Program-made: the position numbers and the translations under genes
The notes under the pieces: model-generated
Database searches by the model: none
The model's input: the letters and a program-made list of their open reading frames with translations, nothing else
Told to the model about the DNA's origin: nothing
Source: a virus
Taxonomy: Duplodnaviria; Caudoviricetes
Direction: 5' to 3' (one strand)
IMG/VR virus record: IMGVR_UViG_3300030433_003336
Coordinates: 1-33,091 of that record
DNA length: 33,091 nt
Shown here: positions 20,501 through 29,111 of the stretch, in pieces
How the letters are laid out: every line of letters begins with the position of its first letter
How positions within the stretch are numbered: position 1 is the stretch's first letter

Positions 20501-23500
20501 TAAAGTTGGTAAAGACTTGTATCCAGATCCAAAAGATAAGACGTTTAGTGAACTTACTGGTCCAGATGCAAATGCAGATGTTGTTGAATATTCTAAAACA
20601 GAACATTCGGTAGAAATATATGAAGATTTTTCTGGTTTTGCTGAAATATTTAAATTAAAAGTAGTTTCTCCTGCTCCCGTTACAATAAATGTATCATTGT
20701 AAATACTCTCTTGATATTTTATTTCCGAATAATGTTCAACTTCATTATCAGGAATAATTTTAACACCTTCTTTCTCTAAATTATAATATAAAACTTTGGG
20801 ATTATCGGATTGATAATTTAACGTCAAAGAAGATGTAGTGCCTACACCAACAGTTCCTACTCCAGAAACAACAAAGGTATCTGTAGATCCCGTGGAAACA
20901 AATTCATTATTAAATTTAGAATCGGTATAAATTTTGAATTCATATCCCGACAGACTTGAATCTGTTAAGTCAAATACCAAATTATTATTTTCAATTGGAT
21001 TTAATCTTGGATTTATTAATGACAATGATTGTGAAATGCCTCCAGTTGAAGCAAAACTTACAACTACTGGCGGATTTTGTTGAGAGTCGGAATAAGTTTG
21101 GCAAAGATTGAATTTATTGTCATCAATCTTATAAACAAAATATTCTCCGTAAGAACTATCTTCATAAAGAACTTTGTCACCTGTTTTTAATTGATGATCA
21201 TTTATAGTAAAATCATTTGTAATAGTATCAATTGCTGTTGAATTAAATCCAATTGGATTTACTACAATATTTTTAATTGTTTCTTTGTAAATAACACGAA
21301 CTGAAGTAGAAGTTCCAATTCCTACCGAAAGTTTTGGATTAACATTTAATGTTACAGTATCTCCATCTCTCAGATGATGTGCAGTAGAAACAGAAACAGC
21401 AATTTCACTCTTTTTAACATCACCCAATATTTGAGTATAATTAGATTCAAGCATGTATTGATCACTATCATCTGCATTTGTATGGAAGAATAATTCTTCA
21501 CCATTAATAGCAGTTTTTAATCCAATCAAATTTGGATTTTTATTAATTACAAAGAGATCTGTAGGTAAGTCAAATTGTGATAATCCATCAGTAGAAACGA
21601 GTATGTTAGATCCATTAGGAGTATAAACAACTGATTGATTAGTTACAAATGGATGATTGTGAATATTAATACTCTTAGATGGAATATCATTATTCACCGA
21701 AATATTTCCAAAAACAAATGACGTGCTATATCCAACCCCATTTATGGTGGAAATTCCTACAGACTCTCTAGGGTTAAAGAATACTTTATCATTTACAGTG
21801 GAATTAAATTTATCTAATGATTTGGGGATAGAGATATTGAAAGAATCTGGTAAGAAAGAAACTGCAGTACCAACTGTATGTGATGTTCCTGCTACTCCTC
21901 TTTCGATTCTTAAAATATTTTCATTTCTGAATATGCCAAGAACTTTTAAGGTTTCTGTTCCAATACCAATACTACTACCAACCGATATTTGCTCAGGAAT
22001 TGGTTCCACATAAATTTCCGTTGTGATTCCGGATGATGTTATAGTGGATAAACATCTTGCATTTGCATAAGAAGGAACCGAAATTCTATGAGTTCCATTT
22101 AATGTCGAAAGATTTGTTGAGAATCCAGATATGGTAACATAATCCAAATTCAAAAGATTATGATTTGGTAATATTGAAATTTTTATATCTTTGGAAGAAT
22201 TCCAAGTAAAAATAGAATCTGGATATAAGGTTGAATTTATTTGTATACTATTGACTTCTTTACCTTTTATAGATTCTACTTCAACATCCAATCCACTTCC
22301 AAAAGTATTAGTTTCATCAAAAATGAGCTCATCACCAACTTTATAATCTACACCTGAACTTTGAATTTCTAAAGATTCTATTGAACCTGGTGTAACTGAA
22401 ATAACTTCTATTTTTTGATCTAAAACATCACTTGTTTCATTAACAAAATCATAATTTGCATTTTTTTCTGATACCTTATATGGTAAGGTATTTCTTAACA
22501 ACTTAGAATTATTTAAATCAAATGATTGATCTAGTTTATAATCAGAAGGCAATTGAGATCTATACTTATTACCTATGAAATATGGAAATTCATCAATTGT
22601 AGCATGATATGCATAAATTCCATTTGGAAATAAATCATTCTTTTCATATCTTCCATTATATTCATCCAAATCACCACTATCATCAAATTTATAATCTTCA
22701 ACAAAAAATCCATCATCAAATCCAGAAGGTCTATCTACAACATTTGAAGAATCGAGAGTATACCCAGACTCTAGTGTTTTTACTCCTGAAGGTATTGCGG
22801 GATCAGGATATCCATATGGACCATAAATTGGATTTCCATCATATGCCCAACCAATAATCCCAGATCGTGAAGTTGCATCTTCTAAGAAAGCATTTCTCAA
22901 AGTTTCAAAATATTTTGAAACTGAATATTGAAGTTTATCATTTCCAGTTTTTAAAACCTCACCGTTAGGAAATCTTGTGTGATTATCATTGACTGTTAAT
23001 TTTCTTATTTGTGGATCAATAAAACAGTTTTTTCCTAAAGAAACTACTTCGATTCTTGTATCTGATGTAGAGTATCCAATACCCGGATTGATAACTTTGA
23101 CTTCTGTTATTATTCCATTATTGACTATTGCTCTCAATTCTGCTCCAGTTCCTGATCCAGAAACTACCAAATCTGGAGTTGAATAATATTCAATCCCCTC
23201 ATAACTGATTGAAACGTTAGTTATTTTATCACCAATAACAGTAGGAGTTAATTGAGCAAGTTTTCCATTTTTTATGTTAATCGTCGGAGTATCTTCATAA
23301 TTTAAAATTGTTGATCCATATCCAACTCCAGACTCATATACATATCCATCTATAATATTTCCCTTTACCACAGGAGTAGTTACTAGATCTTCATATTGTT
23401 GCGTGGATGTTCCAATTCCAGAAGTTGTGTATTTAATCGAAACTGAAATATCTGGATATGCAAAATATTGATATCCGGATCCAGTAGATTCCAATGTTTC

Positions 23501-26500
23501 AAAATAACCTCTTTCATAATTTGAAGGATTAGTTCCACCTACACCGGCATTACACAATCTAAATGAATCATTATCAGTTTTTAAGATATAATATTGGTTT
23601 GCACTAGAAATTCCAGAAATAGCACTAGTTTCATAATTGTATGTTACAAGTTCACCGTCATTAAATCCATGATTTTCAAAATTGATTGAATTATCTGCGG
23701 TAGATATTCCTGCAGACTTAACAATTAATTTTCTATTTGTATATCCTTCACCACCATCAATAATTTTTACACTATCAATCTGTTTTTTGGTTGAAAGAGT
23801 CGAAAATCTATGACTTCCAGAAGATCCTGTGTAGATTCCAACAGAATTGATCCTAGATTGCTGATCACTTAAAGTATAATATAATTTTATTGTTTTATTA
23901 TTGACAACTTCAACAAAATATGATGAATTATCCGGCAAATCAAAATTATATCCTGCTGTTCCAATTGATACTGGATTGTTACCCAAGGAATTGTAAATTA
24001 CTTGTTCACCATTGACAAAATTGTGATCTGTCAAAAATGCAATTTCATCGGTTGTTTGACTGACACCACCACCATCAGAAGCTTCATCAGCATTGAATAG
24101 AACATCTCTAGGTCTAGAAACCAACACCGGTTCAATAACGGCTCCTTTTCCATTTCCACCAGAAATATCAATGGAAACAATTTTATCAATATTATAGTCT
24201 TGGGTGTCTATATAAACTTTTTCAAACTTTCCACTAATAACAGGTTGAATTTTTGCTCCACTACCATTATCATCAGAAACTTCAATAATTGGTGGATTAA
24301 TTACATCATATCCATCTCCACCAGATAAAATATCCACATCTTTAATTGGACCATAATATACTGCATCACTAGATTTATAATTATGAATTTCTACTCCATT
24401 GATTAGCATTCCTGTGTTTCCAGGAGATGTAAGTTGACCTGAACCAGTTTTAATATTTTTTTCTAGTGGAAATTTTCTTAAAAGTTTTTGTATTCCAAGT
24501 TCAGAACCTTTTTGTGAGTTTAAAACAAAATTATGAGTTCCAATACCAGAAACTGGTACTGCAAATGTTATATTATTCTTAGTTCCTATTAATGATTGTG
24601 ATCCGTATAATTTAAATTTATTATTTGTTACTTTTTGAACAAAATACGTCCCTGTGGTTAATCCAGATAAAGGTTCTTCTTGAGATGAATAGTAAACCAC
24701 ATCTCCAGTTATGAAAGGTACATTTGTGGATACAAATGAATTATAAACATCATCTATAAGATCATCTAAATCTGCAATACTGTTTATTTCTACAGATTTA
24801 ACATTTTCCTGAACATCAAAACGATAGTCATTTACTGTGAAATTTCTTACTCTTGATGGTAATGAATTGGATGCAATATATGCATACTCATCTCTATCAA
24901 CATAAAGATTGAGAACATCAGATAATAGTGTATCAGATTCAAATCCAGATCCAGAGGATTGTGTTTTGTTTAATTTTCTTCTTACATCATAAAGTTGAGT
25001 AGATGTTGTAAATCCTGTAGGAAGATTTTGTAAACTTAGAGTGTTTTGGGCAGCATCAACACTTTCAATGTAAGTTGGAGATGAAGTAGTGATTACAGTT
25101 TCAGTCCCTCTACTTAGTATTTCAACTTCATCTCCAGGTTTTAAACTTGATCGATCAATTACAGATGCTAATTTATTAGTATTATTATCGATTACTTCGT
25201 GTCTTGTACTTGTATTGTATATTAAAGAATTTGCAAAAATTTCTTTCCAATTTGAATTGGTGTTTTTAATCTTATCTCCAAGACTTTTAATACTAATTAT
25301 ATCACCTTCACTTACCTTGAAATCTTCACTATCCTCCGTTAAATCAGTAATTACTCCTAAAATTATTACTTCAACCTTTTTATCTGTATCACCATTCTCA
25401 TATGAGAAATAACTATCACTAGATCTAATGCTTGATGTTGCAGATATATTGGCAGTAATACCAGTACATCCGAAAAATTGATTAATGCTCTTTCCTGTAT
25501 AGGAAATTGTATTTGATCCAGAAATTAAAGTTCCTGATTCTGAAAAACTTAAAGTAGAATCTACTGTTAAAATAGTATCTCCTACTGATGCACTTTCAGT
25601 TAATCTTGTATTTGGAGTAATTGTAAAATTACCCTCTACAGAAGGAAATCCATTATTGTTAACAAAAAATTCAATTTTATAAAAAGTTCTGCCTTTTCTT
25701 GTGAATGGTTCTACTGCAGAAATAGCAGCTGTTGTGCCACTGTCAGTAGATTTTATGAGAGTTTCTCCAACAATATTTAAAGGTTCTCCAGATATTACCT
25801 CTACGATTGCAACTTCTCTTCTAACATAATTTGCAGAAGATGGTTTGACCAAGTATTCCTCCAAATTTATAATAGATGGAGATTCACCAAAAATGACCTT
25901 AAAAAGAATTTTTATTGCTTCGTCAGTTCCTTTGGATGCATAAAAATCCTTTGCCCTCTTTATAAAGTTACCAGCATCAATTTCTTTTGCGAAAGAAACG
26001 TTTTCTAATCCTGGTGTAAAAGTTGATTTTAATTTTCTATAAAATTCTTTTAAAAATAGTGAACTTAAATTTTGAACAGGTGCGTTATCCTGATGCTGTG
26101 CGGCAGTTGAAGTAGAAAATATTAAATCATTATTGATTGAACTTTGATCGTATTCACTAATTCCACTAAATCCACGAACACAACCAGTAAAACTATTAGT
26201 TGTTATACCAGTATAGGTAATAATTTCATCATCTACCTTAAGTAATCCATATTGATTTGGAAAACCTTTTGTACTAGAAACTTCAATTATTGTATCAGTA
26301 GAAGTTACACTGCTACTTAATGTTGTATTATCAACAATAACTTCTGGTACTAAATTATCTACCCTCAAATATTGATCTAAATTATCACTAATATCAACAG
26401 GACCACCCTGATATTCTTGAGAAATATAATATTGCTTTAAAAAATCTACTGCTTTTGGACTCTCGTCCAAAATGAATTCCGGCAATTGATTAGAAACTAT

Positions 26501-26542
26501 ATCCTGAATCTTTACCCTAGATTCAATTCCAGTTTGTATCAT
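14570..26542 (-). CDS. gp7: Giant baseplate wedge initiator (T4 gp7-like), 3990 aa
   Basis: Lies between gp6 and gp8. N-terminal QLPEFI...FLKQYY and FIKRAKDFYASKGTDEAIKILFKVIFG; internal DNDYYQNLSYSVKS...LVHTSGLKNF. It contains many repeated beta modules. Confidence 0.8.
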   Translation of the reverse strand: MIQTGIESRVKIQDIVSNQLPEFILDESPKAVDFLKQYYISQEYQGGPVDISDNLDQYLRVDNLVPEVIVDNTTLSSSVTSTDTIIEVSSTKGFPNQYGLLKVDDEIITYTGITTNSFTGCVRGFSGISEYDQSSINNDLIFSTSTAAQHQDNAPVQNLSSLFLKEFYRKLKSTFTPGLENVSFAKEIDAGNFIKRAKDFYASKGTDEAIKILFKVIFGESPSIINLEEYLVKPSSANYVRREVAIVEVISGEPLNIVGETLIKSTDSGTTAAISAVEPFTRKGRTFYKIEFFVNNNGFPSVEGNFTITPNTRLTESASVGDTILTVDSTLSFSESGTLISGSNTISYTGKSINQFFGCTGITANISATSSIRSSDSYFSYENGDTDKKVEVIILGVITDLTEDSEDFKVSEGDIISIKSLGDKIKNTNSNWKEIFANSLIYNTSTRHEVIDNNTNKLASVIDRSSLKPGDEVEILSRGTETVITTSSPTYIESVDAAQNTLSLQNLPTGFTTSTQLYDVRRKLNKTQSSGSGFESDTLLSDVLNLYVDRDEYAYIASNSLPSRVRNFTVNDYRFDVQENVKSVEINSIADLDDLIDDVYNSFVSTNVPFITGDVVYYSSQEEPLSGLTTGTYFVQKVTNNKFKLYGSQSLIGTKNNITFAVPVSGIGTHNFVLNSQKGSELGIQKLLRKFPLEKNIKTGSGQLTSPGNTGMLINGVEIHNYKSSDAVYYGPIKDVDILSGGDGYDVINPPIIEVSDDNGSGAKIQPVISGKFEKVYIDTQDYNIDKIVSIDISGGNGKGAVIEPVLVSRPRDVLFNADEASDGGGVSQTTDEIAFLTDHNFVNGEQVIYNSLGNNPVSIGTAGYNFDLPDNSSYFVEVVNNKTIKLYYTLSDQQSRINSVGIYTGSSGSHRFSTLSTKKQIDSVKIIDGGEGYTNRKLIVKSAGISTADNSINFENHGFNDGELVTYNYETSAISGISSANQYYILKTDNDSFRLCNAGVGGTNPSNYERGYFETLESTGSGYQYFAYPDISVSIKYTTSGIGTSTQQYEDLVTTPVVKGNIIDGYVYESGVGYGSTILNYEDTPTINIKNGKLAQLTPTVIGDKITNVSISYEGIEYYSTPDLVVSGSGTGAELRAIVNNGIITEVKVINPGIGYSTSDTRIEVVSLGKNCFIDPQIRKLTVNDNHTRFPNGEVLKTGNDKLQYSVSKYFETLRNAFLEDATSRSGIIGWAYDGNPIYGPYGYPDPAIPSGVKTLESGYTLDSSNVVDRPSGFDDGFFVEDYKFDDSGDLDEYNGRYEKNDLFPNGIYAYHATIDEFPYFIGNKYRSQLPSDYKLDQSFDLNNSKLLRNTLPYKVSEKNANYDFVNETSDVLDQKIEVISVTPGSIESLEIQSSGVDYKVGDELIFDETNTFGSGLDVEVESIKGKEVNSIQINSTLYPDSIFTWNSSKDIKISILPNHNLLNLDYVTISGFSTNLSTLNGTHRISVPSYANARCLSTITSSGITTEIYVEPIPEQISVGSSIGIGTETLKVLGIFRNENILRIERGVAGTSHTVGTAVSFLPDSFNISIPKSLDKFNSTVNDKVFFNPRESVGISTINGVGYSTSFVFGNISVNNDIPSKSINIHNHPFVTNQSVVYTPNGSNILVSTDGLSQFDLPTDLFVINKNPNLIGLKTAINGEELFFHTNADDSDQYMLESNYTQILGDVKKSEIAVSVSTAHHLRDGDTVTLNVNPKLSVGIGTSTSVRVIYKETIKNIVVNPIGFNSTAIDTITNDFTINDHQLKTGDKVLYEDSSYGEYFVYKIDDNKFNLCQTYSDSQQNPPVVVSFASTGGISQSLSLINPRLNPIENNNLVFDLTDSSLSGYEFKIYTDSKFNNEFVSTGSTDTFVVSGVGTVGVGTTSSLTLNYQSDNPKVLYYNLEKEGVKIIPDNEVEHYSEIKYQESIYNDTFIVTGAGETTFNLNISAKPEKSSYISTECSVLEYSTTSAFASGPVSSLNVLSFGSGYKSLPTLESTNSAFGSDLIVNVKSNSVGSIKEKRILSDRFTYSSDKTLSPKASVSPTILLKDFNTIDEINIINNGEGYSNPPTLIIVDPISRSIIDSGLLKANLTGSAISSVDVESEPAGLPDETVEIFATNNTNGVSIISVDSSNTGIFTCTISTPGIGTAATFITQPFNVGDKVYIEGIQKDSSYGDGFNSSDYGFKFFEVKAYNSLGLNDTVTIDVSDFTTNTGIAKTLQDYSGVVINKNDYPQFNVSQKLSQFFEGETLSSNGIIRDLSVAKNIGNALKVSGLYELSVGEIIKGTNSGVIATIESLDFNEASFDVEYANLKRIGWNNGIGKLSEDYQVVADNDYYQNLSYSVKSSISYKDQQSPVESLVHTSGLKNFADTAITSSVSAGVGTTPKDGFTLIYDIVDKKRVDTINNFDNTIDIDVTNSTSKFLKLENKRLTNYAELRNLNVLSIDDISNLFSNSEAENTEFLSIDEVDDLLYTNYLFRVISEDGSEIQLTDVTTLSDGTETVIVENESLQNSDTPYGSFDIFENEFDETFLRFTPNDPFNTNYDVKYVKQIFNTPSTGVGTQSVGFVNLTGSIVTENTNVGLGTTTIISVDSNVFESLYINAVILDSVTFDMNYARLYVAHDGTNTYISEYYIDNSLNSSTGNQIGTFYSNLDNGVLSITHENTSSNLLNIKTNIVGFGATATGIGTYRFKSLDQADGQERSVIYDSNYQSTVSSASTVINSLDKTLFDSLKSVVQVSAGSTKALHQVMMVSDGTDVYTQQLPILSASNTDNLDDVAGLGTFGGEISGSNLLLKFYPDDQNQQIDIEIFNKSFYTVVDSFNDYEDLVYGPVTDSVDAKFYNAINGDRINRTRFTLRNNKIPIFSKQFNPNSVALASTTGVFTIENHFFQTGEELIYTPNSTIVGVGTSAMMTNATDVLPSTVYAIKINEDSFKVAITTAAAQSGTGVTFSSLGEGNAHRFTMKERSTKCIISVDKLVQYPIAFSRISHSLSENLGINTSIVPLSGISSLNPTDILLVDDEYMKVINVGFGTTSIGPITDSGNVRLVEVERGFVGTSAATHTSSTTADVYKGAFNIVDSDIHFTEPPRGNPQIDKTESNVDYETSSFNGRVFLKSNYDNNKIYDDISDKFTGIGRTFTLTVGGANTAGIGTEGSNGLVFINNIYQSPKTDNNPSVFNYQILEDTVAGISSVSFSGITRPDDPLQYVVSDYDVNQNEVPRGGIIVSYGSTPGLGFAPLVGASVTAVVGAGGTFISVGLGATDNLGSGYNGLVSIGVTVVDLEYDHTFVSSVANSITDGGGGTHTATNAVYNSITGDLVLTIPSHGLTTSDTIGINDGGLVFTCSKDNHASNHAYPRAVSKTKQRRGVSGGDPIHNQQVSIAATTLNTVQINVGPGGGAGTGAEVSVDSIGIGGTLSFTVGSAGTNYVNPEVFVSDPSYSNLPITGVYREGIGNTTTTGIGLLMDVIVGGATSATGIGSTYFEVKDFQFSRPGYAFRRGDRFKPVGLVTASTLNSPLQDFEITVIDTYSDNFAAWEFGELDYIDSIKNLQNGTRIRFPLSYNGELLSFEPTPGTPIAENINNILIIFVNGIIQKPVTNFVFDGGTSFAFTKAPLPSDEVEIYYYKGVDGVDSSANVNQKPSIKTGDIVQVISNNYIENTVTQNERTVYNLAFSDKFETNRYFDQGIDEINFKPLSWTKQKTDKKVNGELVSKSRDVLEPLIFPTAKIIKDVSTTDTDIFVDNVELFEYEDNRNLEEAPQTPYPDGSTPCDALVINGISTVGYSTGLVENITQFNNIQGFSGIVTGISTTMNGGNLAIEFSIVDDKVKSLNSLPFVGLTTGYPIYIYDTQVGSGVTSINNSDSEVVGIGTTCVDNVYYISEWTYSSLNARYSVGILTCNIDSNTNTTSIVGAGDTSNPIGKYSWGRLSGGTRSSSPISIGVTGNIVSGLSTYPTIQRRGGINLRQTGALPKIEE

Positions 26543-26543
26543 A

Positions 26544-28445
26544 CTACTTTCTTATTAGACTTCCGTTTGAATAACTCGATGTATAGAAATCACTAACGAA
26601 TCTGGTTCCAGATATTTCATCACCAGATGCAATTACATCTCTTACCATATTTATTGTACTTTTAGAAATGTTTAAAGAGATGTATAAGTCTCTCAATCCA
26701 ACAACATCATTAGATTCTGGAAATGCCTGAATTTCAATAACATCACCAGGAACCGAAGTTTCGGTAATATTCAATGGACCAAAAATAAGTTCACCTTTTT
26801 CATAATCAATTCTTCCTACTTCTTTAGCAACAGTTATCACATTACCATTTTCATCCAGTTTAAATACTGAAATAGATCCTTTTTTTAGGTCACTATCTGG
26901 TGTATCTGTCAGATATACTGTAGAACTTTCTCCGACAAGTTTAAATCCGGTAGATTTTATATTTCTTCCTTGAGGTTTTACATTAAACTTATTTCCAAAA
27001 CATATTTCATATTGAGCAGGAATATTTAAGTCTGCTCTCAAATCTCGACGAATAATGACTTTTGTTATATTTGATGTGATTGCAGTGCTAGTATTATCAA
27101 TAACTTGTTGCGTTTTACTATATCTAAATCTTCCACCAAATTTATTCAAATCTAACGATTCTGAATATTTTTGAAGGGAATCGGTAACCGATGTTTTTAA
27201 TTCATCCAAATTTGATACTTGCGAATAATCATAGTAAACAGAACTATCTAATTCGACGTAGAGGACTTTGAGGTCTGTTATTTTTTGATTAATTCCGGAT
27301 ACTGAATATTGCTTCAACTTCGATAAAATTTGTTCTTTATTGAAGTCAGAAACAAAACTACCATTTTTTGGTTTGATACTGATTTGAACAGTTCCAAACT
27401 GTGGAGGACTTAATTGCTCACCACCGACTACAGAAACTGATTCGGTGTTAGGATATATCTTTTTAATAATTGCTTCGTAATCTCTTGCTGTAACTGCTCT
27501 ATACTGCGATGAATACAATCTTGGAGCATAATACTTAACAGAGTCAATTGGCTCAATGTCACCACCATTAATTGATGATTGATTAGTTGTAATAGTAACA
27601 GTTCCTGGATCAATGATAGTTTTTGAGGTATCAGCAGCTTCTAATGTTCCAGAGAATGTAAAAGAAGATGCACCATTACCATCTCTTCCGTCTGTTACAA
27701 TATAATCTACGGTAATATAATCTCCATCACCGTCTTCACCCAGTTTTTTACCAATAATTCCATCACCAAATCTTAATTCATACTTTTCATCCTGAACTTC
27801 ATTAATGAAGAAGATTCTTGAGTCTTTATTAACATCAAAAATATTTTCCGAAAGAGTATATTCAAGACCTCTAGTATTTGGTGATGTGCTGATATAAACT
27901 TTAACCGTAGATGTATCAATAAAAGAATTATTTAAAACAAACTTTTGATCTAAAGATCCATCATATAAAAATTGTTTGGTTAAAAATATTCCTTGAAATA
28001 CATTAATATTGGTAAAAGAAGCAGTTCCATTCACAACGTTTGCTGAAACGTCCTCTGGAATGGCAAAAGTATATGTAGAGTCATTGGCACTACCAACACA
28101 CACTATACCTGCTTTGAGGGTCAATGTAGGGGTGTTTACGGAGGTTGCTACATCAAACGATATCTGTGCTGATGATGCTGTTCTAGAACGTGGTACGTAT
28201 CCAATATTACCTGCTAAAGAAACAACATTTTCTCTCAATGTGGCAGAATCCAAAAAGGATTCGTTCACAACCATATTTGAGTTAAATGCTGTTATGTAAG
28301 TATTATATGCTAACGTATCGATCAAGACAGAAAAGTTAGACCCCTCAAAGTCAAAATCCGTGAATGTAGAATTCGCACGGAGATAATCTTTGATAGAAGT
28401 CTTTATCTGATCAAAATCTAGATTTGTATACTTTGTAAAAGGCAT
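26544..28445 (-). CDS. gp6: Baseplate wedge subunit (T4 gp6-like)
   Basis: Motifs NLDFDQIKTSIKDYLR, FTDFDFEGSNFSVLIDTLAYNTY, NESFLDSATLRENVVSLA, YELRFGDG and QYRAVTARDYEAI. Confidence 0.95.
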   Translation of the reverse strand: MPFTKYTNLDFDQIKTSIKDYLRANSTFTDFDFEGSNFSVLIDTLAYNTYITAFNSNMVVNESFLDSATLRENVVSLAGNIGYVPRSRTASSAQISFDVATSVNTPTLTLKAGIVCVGSANDSTYTFAIPEDVSANVVNGTASFTNINVFQGIFLTKQFLYDGSLDQKFVLNNSFIDTSTVKVYISTSPNTRGLEYTLSENIFDVNKDSRIFFINEVQDEKYELRFGDGIIGKKLGEDGDGDYITVDYIVTDGRDGNGASSFTFSGTLEAADTSKTIIDPGTVTITTNQSSINGGDIEPIDSVKYYAPRLYSSQYRAVTARDYEAIIKKIYPNTESVSVVGGEQLSPPQFGTVQISIKPKNGSFVSDFNKEQILSKLKQYSVSGINQKITDLKVLYVELDSSVYYDYSQVSNLDELKTSVTDSLQKYSESLDLNKFGGRFRYSKTQQVIDNTSTAITSNITKVIIRRDLRADLNIPAQYEICFGNKFNVKPQGRNIKSTGFKLVGESSTVYLTDTPDSDLKKGSISVFKLDENGNVITVAKEVGRIDYEKGELIFGPLNITETSVPGDVIEIQAFPESNDVVGLRDLYISLNISKSTINMVRDVIASGDEISGTRFVSDFYTSSYSNGSLIRK

Positions 28446-28446
28446 T

Positions 28447-28848
28447 TTATCTTGTTGCCTCTAAGAGGAATGAATATTCTTGTGTCGGAAACTCTTGACC
28501 AACAATATCAAATATAACCGTAATATTGAAAGTATTCTCATCTGGTATTGGATCTACTTCAACAACCAAATTTTCTACTCTTTCTTCAAAGTTTTCAATT
28601 GCTATTTGGACTTGATCTTGAATTACAGATGCTGTGCCAAAATCGACAAATTCAAACAGAGTTCTTCTTACGTCAGAACCCAACAAAGAGTTAAAAAATC
28701 TCTCTGTTGGGATAGTTTCTACAATATTTCTCACAGAACGACGAATTGCGTTCTCATTTTTTAAAATAGGAAGGTCTTTTGTCACAGGATGGGGCTCAAA
28801 AGACAAACTAATGTCCTTAAATGCCCTTGATATCCTCTGAATTGCCAT
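28447..28848 (-). CDS. gp25: Baseplate wedge subunit (T4 gp25-like)
   Basis: FKDISLSFEPHPVTKDL..LKNENAIRRSVRNIV.T...ERFFN..LGS...FEERV matches the gp25/GPW family; it is adjacent to gp6. Confidence 0.92.
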   Translation of the reverse strand: MAIQRISRAFKDISLSFEPHPVTKDLPILKNENAIRRSVRNIVETIPTERFFNSLLGSDVRRTLFEFVDFGTASVIQDQVQIAIENFEERVENLVVEVDPIPDENTFNITVIFDIVGQEFPTQEYSFLLEATR

Positions 28849-28870
28849 TGTTAAAGAGTTTTCTTAATTT

Positions 28871-28878
28871 TATTTATA
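28871..28878 (-). promoter_or_regulatory. T4 late promoter TATAAATA
   Basis: Exact consensus, 22 nt upstream of the gp25 ATG. Confidence 0.85.
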
Positions 28879-28880
28879 CC

Positions 28881-29057
28881 TTATTCCTGAAGATTCTTCT
28901 GTCCAACCTTTAAATCGTCATGCATGATCTCTTGAATCACTCTTTCTTCGGGATCTTCGGTTTTACGTGGTAGTGACCAGTAATCTGACGTTAAACTTGT
29001 GGTTCCCCACACTTCTCTCATATAATTTACGTCTCTATCGACGGATGAATTTGCCAT
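28881..29057 (-). CDS. Small hypothetical protein (58 aa), not in the ORF track
   Basis: Hand translation MANSSVDRDVNYMREVWGTTSLTSDYWSLPRKTEDPEERVIQEIMHDDLKVGQKNLQE*. A strong SD (AGGAG) lies 4 nt upstream, and the ORF fills the gap before the gp25 promoter. Confidence 0.75.
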   Translation of the reverse strand: MANSSVDRDVNYMREVWGTTSLTSDYWSLPRKTEDPEERVIQEIMHDDLKVGQKNLQE

Positions 29058-29060
29058 TTT

Positions 29061-29106
29061 GCTCCTGTTTTGGAAAAACAGAACTTTTTGAGGGGTTGCT
29101 ATCCCT
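29061..29106 (-). promoter_or_regulatory. Two-hairpin 5' leader; the second hairpin sequesters the SD of the 58-aa ORF
   Basis: Minus-strand RNA reads AGGGAUAGCAACCCCU-CAAAAAG-UUCUGUUUU(UCC)AAAACAGGA-GCAAAAUG. The 9-bp stem includes one U-G pair and covers AGGA. Confidence 0.55.
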
Positions 29107-29111
29107 ATTTT

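Noticed and set aside
14570-26542. Intein or intron explaining the size of gp7 or the VrlC-like gene
   Set aside because: The frames are continuous, and I saw no intein splice-junction signature or LAGLIDADG/HNH/GIY-YIG motifs. Repeats account for the length.
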